Origin: Massalongia carnosa
Taxonomy: Eukaryota
Length of the DNA stretch: 64,000 bases
Assembly: GCA_965645245.1 (NCBI GenBank)
Contig: OZ287076.1
Location: 1,054,001 to 1,118,000 of the forward strand
Reading direction: 5' to 3'
Numbering within the stretch: the first letter of the stretch is position 1; every line of letters starts with the position of its first letter. The position numbers were made by a program, and so were the translations under genes. Positions 62,862 through 64,000 of this stretch are shown in pieces. The notes below the pieces were generated by a model. It did no database searches. It saw nothing but the letters and a program-made list of their open reading frames with translations, and was not told where the DNA came from.

Positions 62862-64000
62862 GGTAGCAAATCTTCTTCTCTTCCTTGTGCGGCAGATGCA
62901 GCGATCTCTAGCAGATTTGGAAACACTCCCCAGTCCGAAGCAACTAGAGATTCGACTAGGACATTCAGGGCGTAGGTAGGTAAACTCCTGTGCAGCTGCC
63001 ACGTTATCAGGTTCTGTGAATAGGTATACAAGCTATCGGCTGCTTAGTCTTTCGTTTTGTCTTAATCCTTAAAGTTCAATAATAGACAAAAAGCGGAAAA
63101 GTCGGAAAGTAACTAGGAATGTACTAGGATCTTCCTCAAAGAGAGATTTTGTAGTAGCTGAAATGACTTTAGAATAGAGAGATAGCTAGATAGATATACG
63201 CATGAGCAATCCAGATAGGAAAGAGTGGGGGGGTTGGATTGTGATTGTTATTTCTACATCTACTCTCAAATTCACTCATTTCGTCAGGGGCGGAGAAAGA
63301 GGGGAAGAAGCATGGAAATTATAGGGGGTTTCTAGCGAGTATCTTCTTCTCTTCCTAGTACGATAGCTAAGGGAGGAGAATACTTTTGATGGAATGGGAA
63401 TTAAATGGCTGGCCGGCGAGAAGGGAGGCGAGAAGGAGGCGCGGAAGGGACGTGGGGGGCAATGGAGGGCGGTAGGAAGTTTCCCTTTACCTTTTCTCCC
63501 GCCTCGGCGAATAATCCATAAAATTTTGGGTGAGTGGGTTTATGTTGCTGCACTTCGTTCATGGGCAGAAGGGATTAAACGCTGCATGGCAGAAACTTCT
63601 GGGGGAGCTTTTCAGACCTTAAGCATATAAATCCATCGGCAAAGCTAGATGCCAACGTTCGCAATATCCTAGTGGTATCGTGGAGCAAAAAGCTTTCCTA
63701 CCGAATCTCAGTCCACACTTCCATCTTTACTCTTCGAAATCTTTCTCCACCTAGCTACCATCTCTAGAACCAATAAGGGCACCAAGGTTTTCAGCCACAG
63801 AACCCTTACCCGCTACCATGCGACTGTCAACCTCTTCGCGTTTTTTTGTGACGAAGTAACGGCAATAGCAACTTCCCTCAGCCCAAACGGGATACGTATG
63901 CGGGGGACAATGACTTGGGCAATCCTCGATCAGGCCGAACTTGGAACCCGCGACGATACTGGCGGACCTTGGGGAGAATGGAACGGTGATTTGGCATTCG

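Noticed and set aside
63394..64000. Possible gene start at the window edge
   Set aside because: Frames are short or interrupted and no family motif is visible.

Overview
This is eukaryotic DNA from a filamentous ascomycete: short GT..CTAAC/CTGAC..AG introns, fungal gene families and Tad-like LINEs. There is no rRNA, tRNA or CRISPR array. Left arm (1-27 kb): the 3' part of a PMCA-type Ca2+ ATPase, a (GAA)65 tract, a BTB/POZ gene, an NADP-dependent MDR oxidoreductase, three divergent paralogues sharing an N-terminal Trp/Tyr-rich domain I do not recognise, a long disordered hypothetical gene and a Ded1/Vasa-like DEAD-box helicase. Two of the paralogues end in a beta-grasp-like domain; the third ends in a coiled coil plus a SUMO-interacting-type VVDLT motif. 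Middle (about 27.4-48.1 kb): a block with no intact host gene, holding C-to-T-decayed pseudogenes and a nest of transposons. The nest comprises a Tc1-like element flanked by a 5-bp ATCAG repeat instead of TA whose catalytic domain is replaced by a LINE 3' fragment, a probable PIF/Harbinger MITE, a two-intron DD35D pogo element with a 24-copy 17-bp array, and a Fot1-like element. Right arm: a coiled-coil hypothetical gene, a 5'-truncated LINE with a 9-bp TSD, a G-rich 16-bp minisatellite, a DUF676-type alpha/beta hydrolase, a TMEM205/DUF4149-like gene that the ORF track only fragments, and Ku80. All family calls come from motif recognition by eye, not database searches.
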